NCBI RefSeq assembly: GCF_017348835.2
Contig: NZ_CP071375.1
Source of the DNA: Escherichia coli
GTDB lineage: Bacteria; Pseudomonadota; Gammaproteobacteria; Enterobacterales; Enterobacteriaceae
DNA: 64,000 nt
Direction: 5' to 3' (one strand)
Position 1 is the first letter of the stretch, and each line of letters opens with the position of its first letter. Shown here one piece after another: positions 29,076 to 39,959 of the stretch. Below the pieces are notes generated by a model. It saw only the letters and a list, made by a program, of their open reading frames with translations. It was not told where the DNA came from and made no database searches. The translations under genes and the position numbers were made by a program.

Positions 29076-30002
29076 TTACGCCTCCACCAGCAGATCCCGA
29101 AAATGCAGCGTGCCGCAAGGCTGGCCCTGCGTGTTCACCACCGGCAGCACCTCGCATCCCCGCGCGACAAACAGAGAGAGCGCATCGCGCAGCGTCATCT
29201 CTTCTGCCAGTGCCTCACCTTCTGCCCGTTCTTCGCGACGCACGTAATCCGCCACACTACGTAACGAAAGCAGGCGCACCCCCAGTTCACTACGTCCAAA
29301 AAACTGGCGGACAAAATCATTCGCCGGACGAGTCAGCATCGTCAGCGGATTCCCCTGCTGCACCACTTCACCGTGATCCATCAATACCAGATGTTCTGCC
29401 AGCCGTAGCGCCTCATCAATATCATGAGTGACCAGCACAATAGTGCGCCCCAGCAAACGGTGAATGCGCGTCATCTCTTGTTGCAACGCGCCGCGCGTTA
29501 CCGGGTCCAGTGCGCCAAAAGGTTCATCCATCAGTAAGACTTGCGGATCGGCAGCCAGTGCGCGCGCCACTCCCACACGTTGCTGCTGACCACCGGAAAG
29601 CTGATGCGGATAACGCTCACGCAAATTTGACTCCAGCCCCAGTAGCGCCATTAATTCGTCGATACGATCGTCAATCCTCGCCCGCGACCATTTTTGTAAT
29701 TGCGGCACGGTAGCGATGTTTTGCGCCACGCTCCAGTGGGGGAACAGGCCAATAGATTGAATGGCATAGCCCATTCGGCGGCGCAACTCCAGTACTGGCA
29801 GCGAGCGAATTTCTTCTCCGGCAAAGCGGATCTCTCCGCTGTCATGCTCCACCAGGCGGTTAATCATTTTCAGGGTGGTGGATTTGCCGGAACCAGATGT
29901 GCCAATCAGCACCGAAAAACTCCCTTCCTGAAAATTGAGATTGAGATCGTTAACGGCTTTTTGTGCGCCGAACAGTTTGCTGACATGGCTAAATTCAATC
30001 AT
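29076..30002 (-). CDS. yehX: ABC transporter ATP-binding protein
   Basis: Walker [13 protein letters not shown] signature LSGGQQQRV, Walker [10 protein letters not shown]-terminal CBS-like extension. Confidence 0.9.
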   Translation of the reverse strand: MIEFSHVSKLFGAQKAVNDLNLNFQEGSFSVLIGTSGSGKSTTLKMINRLVEHDSGEIRFAGEEIRSLPVLELRRRMGYAIQSIGLFPHWSVAQNIATVPQLQKWSRARIDDRIDELMALLGLESNLRERYPHQLSGGQQQRVGVARALAADPQVLLMDEPFGALDPVTRGALQQEMTRIHRLLGRTIVLVTHDIDEALRLAEHLVLMDHGEVVQQGNPLTMLTRPANDFVRQFFGRSELGVRLLSLRSVADYVRREERAEGEALAEEMTLRDALSLFVARGCEVLPVVNTQGQPCGTLHFRDLLVEA

Positions 30003-31152
30003 TACGTTTCACCTTCAGCAGTGCGATAAGCAAATCGAACAGCGCGTCGGTAAGCACCGCCAGAACAATTACCGGGATCACCCCCAGCAACACTAAATCA
30101 ATGGCGCTGCTTAGCAGCCCCTGGAAAACCAGCGCACCAAAACCGCCTGCGCCGATTAACGCCGCAATCACCGCCATACCTACAGTTTGTACCATCACCA
30201 CCCGCAGGCTGCGCAGAAATACCGGTAACGCCAGTGGTAACTGAACATGCAGGAATCGCTGCGCCCCGCTCATCCCCATCGCTCTGGCGCTTTCCAGCAC
30301 ATCGCGCGGGATCTGGTTCAAACCGACTACCACGCCGCGCACCAGCGGCAGCAAGGCATAGAGCACCAGCGCAATCAGTGCGGGTGTCATTCCGGTTCCT
30401 GCTATGCCGAGCTTCCCCAGCCACGGAAAGGCCGTCACCAGCGCGGCAAGCGGCGCAATCAACAGGCCAAAGAGCGCCACCGAAGGCACGGTCTGAATGA
30501 CATTGAGCAGAGAAAAAATCGCCCCCTGCCGCGCGGTGGAAAAGTAGCACCAGATGCCCAATGGCACACCAATCACTAACGCAGGCAGCACCGCACCAAA
30601 CAGCAACGTCAGATGTTGTGCCAGCGCGTCGTCAAACACATCCTGACGGTTGGCGTATTCTTTCATTAGCGAGAGATCGTTAAGCGTGCCGGAGTAAAGC
30701 AACCACAGCGGAATAATGGCAATCTGCATATGCAACAACCAGCGCCACAGCGGATGCGTGGAGATTCGGCGGATGGCATCGCTACAGGCCAGCAATGCCA
30801 GCGCCGCAGCCAGCCAGAAACCACTGCCGAGGCTGGTACGCGCCAGCGCACTGCCATTTTGCGCCAGTTGGGTCGCCGCCTTTCCAGCTCCCCACACCAG
30901 CAATACGAAGACGAATTGCGCCAGAATGAGTGCAAAAATGCTGCCTTTTTTAGCGGGAATAAAACAGGCTGTCAGCCAGGCGCAACCAACGCCCACCAGC
31001 ATCCAGATCGTTTGCGGCCACAGTTGCCAGAGATGACGCCCTTCACCCGAGACTAAACGATTAGGCGCGTAACTGATAAACGGCAGCGCCGCTGCGATTG
31101 CCGTCAGCAACATCAGCAGCGCCAGAACAGGATTAATACGTAGATAAGTCAC
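29995..31152 (-). CDS. yehY: ABC transporter permease
   Basis: 385 aa multi-TM protein; 8 nt overlap with the yehX start. Confidence 0.9.
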   Translation of the reverse strand: MTYLRINPVLALLMLLTAIAAALPFISYAPNRLVSGEGRHLWQLWPQTIWMLVGVGCAWLTACFIPAKKGSIFALILAQFVFVLLVWGAGKAATQLAQNGSALARTSLGSGFWLAAALALLACSDAIRRISTHPLWRWLLHMQIAIIPLWLLYSGTLNDLSLMKEYANRQDVFDDALAQHLTLLFGAVLPALVIGVPLGIWCYFSTARQGAIFSLLNVIQTVPSVALFGLLIAPLAALVTAFPWLGKLGIAGTGMTPALIALVLYALLPLVRGVVVGLNQIPRDVLESARAMGMSGAQRFLHVQLPLALPVFLRSLRVVMVQTVGMAVIAALIGAGGFGALVFQGLLSSAIDLVLLGVIPVIVLAVLTDALFDLLIALLKVKRND

Positions 31153-31158
31153 GGGAAA

Positions 31159-32076
31159 TTACTTCGTCCACCCTTTTTGTTTCAGGTAGTCGGCAGCCAC
31201 TTTTTTGGCATCCAGTCCTTCAACTGCAATGCTGGCATTCAGTTGCTGCAATGTTTTTGCATCGAGGCTGGCGAAGACTGGCTGTAGCCACTGTGCCATT
31301 TGCGGATACTCTTTCAGCACCGACTCACGCACCACTGGTGCAGGCGCGTAGATAGGTTGCACGCCTTGCGGATCGCTTAAGGTTTGCAGCCCCAGCGCCG
31401 CGACCGGACCGTCAGTGCCGTAAGCCATTGCGGCATTAACGCCAGAAGTTTGCTGGGCAGCGGCTTTAATCGTTACCGCCGTGTCGCCGCCAGCCAGTGA
31501 CAGTAACTGATCCTGATCGAGTTTAAAGTCGTAGGCTTTTTCAAACGCAGGTAACGCATCGGCGCGTTCGATAAACTCTGCCGAGGCTGCCAGTTTGAAG
31601 GTGCCGCCCTCTTTCAGATAACGACTCAGGTCAGCAAGCGAAGTGAGTTTGTTTTTCTCTGCCACATCCTGACGCACGGCGATAGTCCAGGTGTTATTTG
31701 CAGGCGCGGGCGTCAGCCAGATTAACTTGTTGTGCTCCGCATCGAGCTTTTTGACTTTCTCGTAGCCCTGCCCGGCATTTTTCCACGCTGCATCGTTTTC
31801 ATCTTTAAAGAAGAAAGCGCCATTGCCGGTATATTCCGGATAGATATCCAGTTCACCGGAAGTAATCGCCCCGCGCACCACAGGAGTCGTTCCGAGTTGC
31901 ACTTTATTGACCGTCGGTACGCCGTGACTTTCGAGTACCTGCAAGATGATGTTGCCGAGCAGCGCGCCTTCGGTATCGATTTTTGAACCGACTTTAACGG
32001 GAGAAGCTGCCTGTAGCGGCAGGCTCACGGCTGCCAACATAACCAGTGAACCTGCCCAGACCTTTGAGAGTGGCAT
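31159..32076 (-). CDS. osmF: Periplasmic substrate-binding protein (glycine-betaine-type)
   Basis: Signal peptide MPLSKVWAGSLVMLAAVSLPLQA; first gene of the transporter operon. Confidence 0.9.
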   Translation of the reverse strand: MPLSKVWAGSLVMLAAVSLPLQAASPVKVGSKIDTEGALLGNIILQVLESHGVPTVNKVQLGTTPVVRGAITSGELDIYPEYTGNGAFFFKDENDAAWKNAGQGYEKVKKLDAEHNKLIWLTPAPANNTWTIAVRQDVAEKNKLTSLADLSRYLKEGGTFKLAASAEFIERADALPAFEKAYDFKLDQDQLLSLAGGDTAVTIKAAAQQTSGVNAAMAYGTDGPVAALGLQTLSDPQGVQPIYAPAPVVRESVLKEYPQMAQWLQPVFASLDAKTLQQLNASIAVEGLDAKKVAADYLKQKGWTK

Positions 32077-32199
32077 GATGCTTTCCTCATTCTTTTACTG
32101 TTGTTTTCAGCGAATTAAGAGAAAAGCATAGTTGATAATAGTGGAGTTAGCCTGAGCGGACGGATTCAGTTGCAGAATCAGATAAATACTTAAGAGGCA

Positions 32200-32262
32200 T
32201 ATTCGGTCCGGCGTTTCCTGCCGGATGCGGCGCGAGCGCCTTATCCGACCTACAAAGGGCGA
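32200..32262. repeat. REP (repetitive extragenic palindromic) element
   Basis: GCCGGATGCGGCGCGAGCGCCTTATCCGACCTACA matches the REP consensus; lies between the bglX stop and the osmF promoter. Confidence 0.75.
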
Positions 32263-32327
32263 AAATTCAGCAAGTTAAGATATGAACATCAGGCAAAGGG
32301 CGCAAACGTCGCGCCCTTACTAAAGCA

Positions 32328-34625
32328 TTACAGCAACTCAAACTCGCCTTTCTTAACGCGTGCGGAATCAGTGCCGATAAAGACATTGAACTTGCCAGGC
32401 TCGGCGTCATATTTCATCTGTTGATTCCAGAACTTCAGCGCCTCGATATCAATCGGGAAGCTGACGGTCTGAGTTTCGCCCGGCTTCAGGGTGATTTTCT
32501 CAAAGCCTTTCAGCTGCTTCACCGGGCGGCTCATAGAAGCCGTCACATCCTGCAAGTACATCTGCACTACCGTGGCCCCTTCGCGCTTACCGGTGTTCGT
32601 CACCTGCACGCTGGCGGTCACTTTGCCGTCACGCTTCATGGTCGGCGCAGAAAGTTTCACATCAGAGACGGTGAAAGTGGTATAGCTCAGACCATAGCCG
32701 AACGGATAAAGCGCCCCGTTAGCTTCATCAAAATAACGCGAAGTGTATTTGTTCGGCTTGTCGGCATTATACGGACGACCGGTATTCAGATGGCTGTAGT
32801 ACACCGGGATCTGCCCGACAGAACGCGGGAAGGACATCGGCAGCTTGCCGGACGGGTTGTAATCGCCAAACAATACATCGGCAATTGCATTACCGCCTTC
32901 AGTCCCCGCAAACCAGGTTTCCAGAATCGCATCAGCCTGCTGATCTTCTTTCACCAGCGCCAGCGGACGCCCGTTCATCAGCACCAGCACCAGCGGTTTA
33001 CCGGTGGCTTTCAGCGCCGCAATCAAGTCACGTTGGCTTTGCGGAATAGTGATATCGGTCCGGCTGGAGGCTTCGTGCGCCATCCCCTGTGCTTCACCGA
33101 CCACAGCCACCACCACATCAGATTGTTTCGCGGTCTGCACCGCTTCATCAATCATCTCTTGCGGCGAGCGCGGATCGACTTTGACCGCTTCTTCATACTG
33201 ATTCAGGAAATCGATAATGCCTTTGTCACTGGTGACGTTCGCCCCTTTGGCGTACAGCACTTTACCGTTTTCACCGACGGCATTTTTAATCCCGGTCAGT
33301 ACGGTCACGGATTGATCGGCAACACCGGCTGCGGACCAGCTGCCCATCACGTCACGTTTACTGTCCGCCAGCGGGCCAACCACCGCAATGGTTGCGGATT
33401 TTTTCAGCGGTAACGTTTCGAGACGGTTTTTCAGCAACACCAGGCTTTCGCGCGCCACTTCACGCGCTTCTTTGCGGTGCAGGCGGCTTTCGGCATTGGT
33501 ATCCACCGGGTCAGACTCTTTCGGCCCCAAATGGCTGTATGGGTCGTTAAACAACCCCATATCATATTTAACGTTCAGTACATGGCGGGCAGCATCGTCC
33601 AGCTCTGCCATCGTCACTTTGCCGGATTTGATCAACCCAGGCAGATACTTCGAGTAGTACTCGTCGCTCATGCTCATGTTGATTCCGGATTTCAGCGCCA
33701 CGCGCACCGCATCTTCCGGGTCTGCCGCCGTGCCATGTTTAATCAGTTCTTTGATTGCACCGTGATCGGAAACGGTGATGCCTTTAAAACCCCACTGATC
33801 GCGCAGAACATCTTTCAGCAGCCAGGAATCGGAGGTGGCTGGCGTGCCGTTCAGCGAGTTCAGCGCCACCATCACCGCGCCGCTGCCTGCGTCCAGCCCC
33901 GCTTTGTACGGCGGCATATAATCATTAAACAGGCGCTGCGGACTCATATCGACGGTGTTGTACTCTTTACCGCCTTCTACCGCGCCGTATGCGGCAAAGT
34001 GTTTGACGCTGGTCATCACCGAGTAGCGATCTGCCGGGCTTTTACCCTGCATCGCGTCCACCATGGTTTTACCCATTATTGAGGTGAGATACGTATCTTC
34101 GCCAAAACCTTCGGAAGCACGTCCCCAGCGCGGATCGCGCGAGACATCGACCATCGGTGCCCAGGTCATATTCAGGCCATCATCTGCCGCTTCATAAGCA
34201 GAGACACGTCCGACCGTTTTTACTGCATCGAGGTTAAAAGACGAGGCCAGACCGAGGCTAATTGGGAACACCGTGCGCTGACCGTGCAGCACGTCGTAAG
34301 CAAAGAAAAGAGGAATTTTCAGGCGGCTTAATTCCATCATCTGATCCTGCATGGCGCGGATATCCTGACGGGTTACGGTGTTGAAAATCGCCCCAACCTG
34401 ACCGTCTTTAATCATCTCGCGGATCGCCTCTTTCGGGTTATCCGGACCGACGCTGATTAAGCGCAGCTGACCAATTTTCTCATCAACTGTCATTTTCTTA
34501 AGCAGTTCGGTGACGAACGCATCCCGCGCTTCAGGCGTTAATGGATGGTTACCGAATAAATCATCCGCCAGTGCTGGCTGCAGGGCCAGACTCACCGCGA
34601 TTCCTACTGAACATAGCCATTTCAT
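32328..34625 (-). CDS. bglX: Periplasmic beta-glucosidase, glycoside hydrolase family 3
   Basis: Signal peptide MKWLCSVGIAVSLALQPALA and GH3-like body; start taken at MKWLCS inside ORF 32328..34697. Confidence 0.9.
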   Translation of the reverse strand: MKWLCSVGIAVSLALQPALADDLFGNHPLTPEARDAFVTELLKKMTVDEKIGQLRLISVGPDNPKEAIREMIKDGQVGAIFNTVTRQDIRAMQDQMMELSRLKIPLFFAYDVLHGQRTVFPISLGLASSFNLDAVKTVGRVSAYEAADDGLNMTWAPMVDVSRDPRWGRASEGFGEDTYLTSIMGKTMVDAMQGKSPADRYSVMTSVKHFAAYGAVEGGKEYNTVDMSPQRLFNDYMPPYKAGLDAGSGAVMVALNSLNGTPATSDSWLLKDVLRDQWGFKGITVSDHGAIKELIKHGTAADPEDAVRVALKSGINMSMSDEYYSKYLPGLIKSGKVTMAELDDAARHVLNVKYDMGLFNDPYSHLGPKESDPVDTNAESRLHRKEAREVARESLVLLKNRLETLPLKKSATIAVVGPLADSKRDVMGSWSAAGVADQSVTVLTGIKNAVGENGKVLYAKGANVTSDKGIIDFLNQYEEAVKVDPRSPQEMIDEAVQTAKQSDVVVAVVGEAQGMAHEASSRTDITIPQSQRDLIAALKATGKPLVLVLMNGRPLALVKEDQQADAILETWFAGTEGGNAIADVLFGDYNPSGKLPMSFPRSVGQIPVYYSHLNTGRPYNADKPNKYTSRYFDEANGALYPFGYGLSYTTFTVSDVKLSAPTMKRDGKVTASVQVTNTGKREGATVVQMYLQDVTASMSRPVKQLKGFEKITLKPGETQTVSFPIDIEALKFWNQQMKYDAEPGKFNVFIGTDSARVKKGEFELL

Positions 34626-34820
34626 ATGGATTTTTCTTCCTTTGTTGCCCGACGTGGCAGCGAAAATGGTGCAAAAACCGTAGTTTGCCATAAGCATGAT
34701 GGAGAGAGAAAAAGAATGCTCAGTTTATTGTCTGAATTTTCAAAATATTCACTCGCTGAATTGTCATACAAGGCGCTATTCTAGTTTGTGATATTTTTTC
34801 GCCACCACAAGGAGTGGAAA

Positions 34821-36536
34821 ATGTCTTCCATGACAACAACTGATAATAAAGCCTTTTTGAATGAACTTGCCCGTCTGGTCGGTCATTCACACCTGCTCAC
34901 CGATCCCGCAAAAACGGCCCGCTATCGCAAGGGCTTCCGTTCTGGTCAGGGCGACGCGCTGGCTGTCGTTTTCCCTGGCTCACTACTGGAATTGTGGCGG
35001 GTGCTGAAAGCCTGCGTCACCGCCGACAAAATTATTCTGATGCAGGCTGCCAATACAGGCCTGACCGAAGGATCGACGCCAAACGGTAACGATTATGATC
35101 GCGATATCGTGATCATCAGCACCCTGCGTCTCGACAAGCTGCACGTTCTCGGCAAGGGCGAACAGGTGCTGGCCTATCCGGGCACCACGCTTTATTCGCT
35201 GGAAAAAGCCCTCAAACCGCTGGGACGCGAACCGCACTCGGTGATTGGTTCATCGTGCATTGGCGCATCGGTTATCGGCGGTATCTGTAATAACTCTGGT
35301 GGTTCGCTGGTGCAGCGTGGCCCGGCGTATACCGAAATGTCGTTATTCGCGCGTATAAATGAAGATGGCAAACTGACGCTGGTGAACCATCTGGGGATTG
35401 ATCTGGGCGAAACGCCGGAGCAGATCCTTAGCAAGCTGGATGACGATCGCATCAAAGATGACGATGTGCGTCACGATGGTCGTCACGCCCACGATTATGA
35501 CTATGTCCACCGCGTTCGTGATATTGAAGCCGACACGCCTGCACGTTATAACGCCGATCCGGATCGGTTATTTGAATCTTCTGGTTGCGCCGGGAAGCTG
35601 GCCGTCTTTGCGGTACGTCTTGATACCTTCGAAGCGGAAAAAAATCAGCAGGTGTTTTATATCGGCACCAACCAGCCGGAAGTGCTGACCGAAATCCGCC
35701 GTCATATTCTGGCTAATTTCGAAAATCTGCCGGTTGCCGGGGAATATATGCACCGGGATATCTACGATATTGCGGAAAAATACGGCAAAGACACCTTCCT
35801 GATGATTGATAAGTTAGGCACCGATAAGATGCCGTTCTTCTTTAATCTCAAGGGACGCACCGATGCGATGCTGGAGAAAGTGAAATTCTTCCGTCCGCAT
35901 TTTACTGACCGTGCGATGCAAAAATTCGGTCACCTGTTCCCCAGCCATTTACCGCCGCGCATGAAAAACTGGCGCGATAAATACGAGCATCATCTGCTGT
36001 TAAAAATGGCGGGCGATGGCGTTGGTGAAGCCAAATCGTGGCTGGTGGATTATTTCAAACAGGCCGAGGGCGATTTCTTTGTCTGTACGCCGGAGGAAGG
36101 CAGCAAAGCGTTTTTACACCGTTTCGCCGCTGCGGGCGCAGCAATTCGTTATCAGGCGGTGCATTCCGATGAAGTCGAAGACATTCTGGCGCTGGATATC
36201 GCTCTGCGGCGTAACGACACCGAGTGGTATGAGCATTTACCGCCGGAGATCGACAGCCAGCTGGTGCACAAGCTCTATTACGGCCATTTTATGTGCTATG
36301 TCTTCCATCAGGATTACATAGTGAAAAAAGGCGTGGATGTGCATGCGTTGAAAGAACAGATGCTGGAACTGCTTCAGCAGCGCGGCGCGCAATACCCTGC
36401 CGAGCATAACGTCGGTCATTTGTATAAAGCACCGGAGACGTTGCAGAAGTTTTATCGCGAGAACGATCCGACCAACAGTATGAATCCGGGGATCGGTAAA
36501 ACCAGTAAGCGGAAAAACTGGCAGGAAGTGGAGTAA
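34821..36536 (+). CDS. dld: FAD-dependent D-lactate dehydrogenase
   Basis: Start taken at MSSMTTTDNKAF inside ORF 34788..36536; divergent from bglX. Confidence 0.9.
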   Translation: MSSMTTTDNKAFLNELARLVGHSHLLTDPAKTARYRKGFRSGQGDALAVVFPGSLLELWRVLKACVTADKIILMQAANTGLTEGSTPNGNDYDRDIVIISTLRLDKLHVLGKGEQVLAYPGTTLYSLEKALKPLGREPHSVIGSSCIGASVIGGICNNSGGSLVQRGPAYTEMSLFARINEDGKLTLVNHLGIDLGETPEQILSKLDDDRIKDDDVRHDGRHAHDYDYVHRVRDIEADTPARYNADPDRLFESSGCAGKLAVFAVRLDTFEAEKNQQVFYIGTNQPEVLTEIRRHILANFENLPVAGEYMHRDIYDIAEKYGKDTFLMIDKLGTDKMPFFFNLKGRTDAMLEKVKFFRPHFTDRAMQKFGHLFPSHLPPRMKNWRDKYEHHLLLKMAGDGVGEAKSWLVDYFKQAEGDFFVCTPEEGSKAFLHRFAAAGAAIRYQAVHSDEVEDILALDIALRRNDTEWYEHLPPEIDSQLVHKLYYGHFMCYVFHQDYIVKKGVDVHALKEQMLELLQQRGAQYPAEHNVGHLYKAPETLQKFYRENDPTNSMNPGIGKTSKRKNWQEVE

Positions 36537-36539
36537 AAA

Positions 36540-36570
36540 TTACGGATGGCAGAGTATCGCCATCCGTAAT
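36540..36570. terminator. Bidirectional terminator between convergent dld and pbpG
   Basis: TACGGATGGC-AGAGTAT-CGCCATCCGTA stem-loop. Confidence 0.75.
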
Positions 36571-36574
36571 TCAC

Positions 36575-37507
36575 TTAATCGTTCTGTGCCGTCTGCCCCG
36601 CAGCCGCCATTTGGGCGGCTTTTTGTTTTTTATAGCTTAACGCTGCTGCCGGAACAGGCATCACTTTACCGGTTTCAATCCAGGTACGCAGGCGGCTGGC
36701 ATCGGCAAAATGGGTATATTTGCCAAACGCATCCATCACTACCAGCGCCACCGGTTTATTATTGATAACCGTACGCATCACCAGACAATGGCCCGCCGCA
36801 TTGGTAAAGCCGGTTTTGGTTAACTGAATATTCCAGTTATCGCGATACACCAGATGATTAGTATTGCGGAACGGCAGCGTATACGTCGGGTTAGAGAAGG
36901 TTGCCATATCTTCCCGGGTAGTACTTAACTGACCGATCAACGGATATTGTTTGCTGGCAATGAGCAGTTTGGTTAAGTCACGGGCGGTTGAAACGTTATG
37001 CACCGACAATCCGGTTGGTTCAACAAAGCGCGTATTGTTCATTCCGAGTGATTTAGCTTTCGCATTCATCGCCTTAATAAAGGCTTTGTAACCACCGGGA
37101 TAATGGTGCGCAAGGCTTGCCGCCGCGCGGTTTTCTGAAGACATCAGCGCCAGCAACAGCATATCTTTACGGCTGATTTCGCTGTTCAGTCGTACGCGCG
37201 AATAGACCCCTTTCATCTCCGGCGTCTGGCTGATATCCACTTTTAGTTTTTCATCCAGCGGCAGTCGTGCATCCAGCACAACCATCGCGGTCATTAATTT
37301 GCTGATAGACGCAATCGGACGCACCAGATCCGGGTGGTTCGAATAGATCACTTTGTTGGTATTCAGATCAACAATCATCGCGCTACCGGAGGCAATTTCC
37401 GGTTGTGAAGCGGTGGTAGCGGCTGCCGTTTTCGCAACGGCCTGCGGTGCCAAAGGCACAGCCAGCATCAGGGCCAGGCTAAATAAAGAAACTCGAAATT
37501 TCGGCAT
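36575..37507 (-). CDS. pbpG: D-alanyl-D-alanine endopeptidase (PBP7)
   Basis: Signal peptide; active-site SxxK motif ASISKLMT; start taken at MPKFRVSLF inside ORF 36575..37516. Confidence 0.9.
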   Translation of the reverse strand: MPKFRVSLFSLALMLAVPLAPQAVAKTAAATTASQPEIASGSAMIVDLNTNKVIYSNHPDLVRPIASISKLMTAMVVLDARLPLDEKLKVDISQTPEMKGVYSRVRLNSEISRKDMLLLALMSSENRAAASLAHHYPGGYKAFIKAMNAKAKSLGMNNTRFVEPTGLSVHNVSTARDLTKLLIASKQYPLIGQLSTTREDMATFSNPTYTLPFRNTNHLVYRDNWNIQLTKTGFTNAAGHCLVMRTVINNKPVALVVMDAFGKYTHFADASRLRTWIETGKVMPVPAAALSYKKQKAAQMAAAGQTAQND

Positions 37508-37680
37508 GATGAGCATTCAGATAGTGGTTCACGCGCACGGGTTGCGCACCGCCGGAGTAAGGATTTACTGAGGCTAGCGACGCCATCATAACGAGCAAAA
37601 AGTGCGATCGTCAAAGGAGAATCGTGAGGAAATGCTGCATTGCTGACATTTACGCCAGCAATGCAACGTCAAAGAACTTT

Positions 37681-38268
37681 CTAGAACAAACGATAACCGT
37701 AGCCCCATAGTATAACGGTAAGGGCGAGCAGCACTTCCAGTACCAGCACGCCAATCGCCAGCGTCGAACTGGAGAAGCTAAGGCCTTCCTCTTTGTTGAT
37801 ATTCAGGAAGCTCGGAATACCAAGGTAAAGCAGGTAACCGGTGTAAAACAGTGCCACCGTGCCGACCAGCGCACACAACCAGACCAGCGGATAAAGCGCC
37901 ACCAGACCGCTTAAAAACAGCGGAGTTGCAACGTAGCCCGCGAAGACCATGCAGTGCGCAAGTGACGGACGCTGCGGATAATTACGCGCCATCCACCAGA
38001 TGACCCGCCCCATCACCGCGACCCCAGCGAGCATAACGCCATAAAACAGGACAGCCAGCGCCAGTCCGGTAAACCAGGATAACTTCAGGATAGTGCCATC
38101 GCCAAAATTCCAGCCAATCTGTGTAGTGCCAATGAAGGCGCAAATCACCGGAATCGCCGCCATCAGCAAAACGTGGTGGGTGTAATGGTGAGAAATCGTT
38201 TCGTTTTCGCGATTAATCACCTGCATTTCACGATCGGGATGGGAAAACAGTCCCCAGACATGGCTCAT
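37681..38268 (-). CDS. yohC: Inner-membrane protein (Yip1-like)
   Basis: Multi-TM ORF; start taken at MSHVWGLFSHP inside ORF 37681..38292. Confidence 0.85.
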   Translation of the reverse strand: MSHVWGLFSHPDREMQVINRENETISHHYTHHVLLMAAIPVICAFIGTTQIGWNFGDGTILKLSWFTGLALAVLFYGVMLAGVAVMGRVIWWMARNYPQRPSLAHCMVFAGYVATPLFLSGLVALYPLVWLCALVGTVALFYTGYLLYLGIPSFLNINKEEGLSFSSSTLAIGVLVLEVLLALTVILWGYGYRLF

Positions 38269-38437
38269 ACCGCCCCCTTGTTGTGAGTTCATGAACCTGA
38301 CAGTTCAAGTATAAGTCAGCTTGTGATTATTTTTTGTTCGCTCATGTAATTTGCAGCGTCTGATGTACGTCCTTTTTCAGCGTGAATGATTTCCAGGGTG
38401 TATGCTTACAGGCAACCAAAGGGAGACAGACTGGCCT

Positions 38438-39016
38438 ATGGATCTCAATACACTCATCTCACAATATGGTTATGCCGCGCTGGTGATCGGTAGCCTGGCG
38501 GAAGGTGAAACCGTGACTTTGCTGGGAGGCGTTGCGGCGCATCAGGGGCTATTAAAGTTCCCGCTGGTGGTACTTTCTGTGGCGCTTGGCGGCATGATTG
38601 GCGACCAGGTGCTCTATCTGTGCGGGCGGCGGTTTGGCGGCAAGCTGTTACGCCGTTTCTCGAAACATCAGGATAAAATTGAGCGGGCGCAGAAACTTAT
38701 CCAACGCCATCCGTATCTGTTTGTCATTGGTACGCGTTTTATGTATGGCTTTCGGGTGATTGGCCCGACGCTGATTGGTGCCAGCCAGCTGCCGCCGAAA
38801 ATCTTTCTGCCACTGAATATCCTCGGCGCATTTGCATGGGCGTTGATTTTTACCACTATCGGTTACGCTGGTGGTCAGGTGATTGCGCCGTGGTTGCACA
38901 ATCTCGATCAGCATTTGAAGCACTGGGTCTGGTTGATTCTGGTCGTGGTTCTGGTGGTAGGCGTGCGCTGGTGGCTGAAACGGCGCGGGAAGAAAAAGCC
39001 GGATCATCAGGCGTAA
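38438..39016 (+). CDS. yohD: DedA-family inner-membrane protein
   Basis: Multi-TM ORF; start taken at MDLNTLISQYGYAALVIG inside ORF 38402..39016. Confidence 0.85.
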   Translation: MDLNTLISQYGYAALVIGSLAEGETVTLLGGVAAHQGLLKFPLVVLSVALGGMIGDQVLYLCGRRFGGKLLRRFSKHQDKIERAQKLIQRHPYLFVIGTRFMYGFRVIGPTLIGASQLPPKIFLPLNILGAFAWALIFTTIGYAGGQVIAPWLHNLDQHLKHWVWLILVVVLVVGVRWWLKRRGKKKPDHQA

Positions 39017-39029
39017 AACCATTGCCCTG

Positions 39030-39106
39030 GCTAAGGCGCCCGCGCCGCATCCGACATCCGGGGCACCATGCCTGATGCGACGCTTGTGCGTCTTATCATG
39101 CCTACC
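39030..39106. repeat. Pair of REP elements
   Basis: GGCGCCCGCGCCGCATCCGACATCCGGGGCACC and GCCTGATGCGACGCTTGTGCGTCTTATCATGCCTAC match REP consensus forms. Confidence 0.75.
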
Positions 39107-39145
39107 AAAATATTCCCCATTGAAATAACCACGCACCTCACTGCG

Positions 39146-39907
39146 CTATTCTGGGTTGAACTGCGGATTCGCCAACATAAAGCCGCCATCCACTATCAAC
39201 GACTGCCCGGTGGTGTAATTTGCGCCCTCCGAACAAAGCCACACCACCAGGCTGGCAATCTCATGCGTTGCACCAAAACGCCGCAGAGGAATCGAAGGCT
39301 CCGCATCAGGCTTCACGTCGCCGTCATCCATGCCGTTCATTGGCGTGGCGATCGCCCCAGGCGCGACTGCGTTCACCAAAATCTTATGCCTGACCAGCTC
39401 CAGCGCCATCGCTTTGGTTAGCCCGCCGAGCGCATGTTTAGCGGCTGTGTAGGCGCTGGCATCCGGCAACGGTGTATGTTCATGTACCGACGTAATGTTG
39501 ATGATGCGACCGCCCTGCCCTTGTTTCACCATCTGACGGGCAGCAATTTGCGAGCATAAAAATGCACCATCAACATCAACGGTAAAAATCTTGCGCCACT
39601 CATCAAAAGCCATATCAAGAAACGGCGCTTTGGTCATTGCGCCCGCATTATTCACCAGCACATCAATACGCCCCAGCCGTTGAATGAGTTTCTCCAGCGC
39701 CTGCGCCCCTTCTGGTAGATTGCCGAGATCCAGTTGCACAATCTCCGCACGTACGCCGTGGCTAATCACCTCACGCGCGGTACCTTTTGCCCCTTCTTCA
39801 TCAGAGTGCCAGGTAATGCCAATATCAAACCCTTGCTGCGCCAGTAATAACGCGCACTCTTTGCCGATCCCCGAATCGGAGGCGGTAATAATCGCAACCT
39901 GTTCCAT
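39146..39907 (-). CDS. yohF: Short-chain dehydrogenase/reductase (SDR)
   Basis: Cofactor motif TASDSGIGKE and catalytic YTAAKHA (YxxxK); start taken at MEQVAIIT inside ORF 39146..39919. Confidence 0.85.
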   Translation of the reverse strand: MEQVAIITASDSGIGKECALLLAQQGFDIGITWHSDEEGAKGTAREVISHGVRAEIVQLDLGNLPEGAQALEKLIQRLGRIDVLVNNAGAMTKAPFLDMAFDEWRKIFTVDVDGAFLCSQIAARQMVKQGQGGRIINITSVHEHTPLPDASAYTAAKHALGGLTKAMALELVRHKILVNAVAPGAIATPMNGMDDGDVKPDAEPSIPLRRFGATHEIASLVVWLCSEGANYTTGQSLIVDGGFMLANPQFNPE

Positions 39908-39959
39908 CGAGTTCTCCACTTAACGCTGAATAAACGTTAAGTATAGAAGGCGCATATCA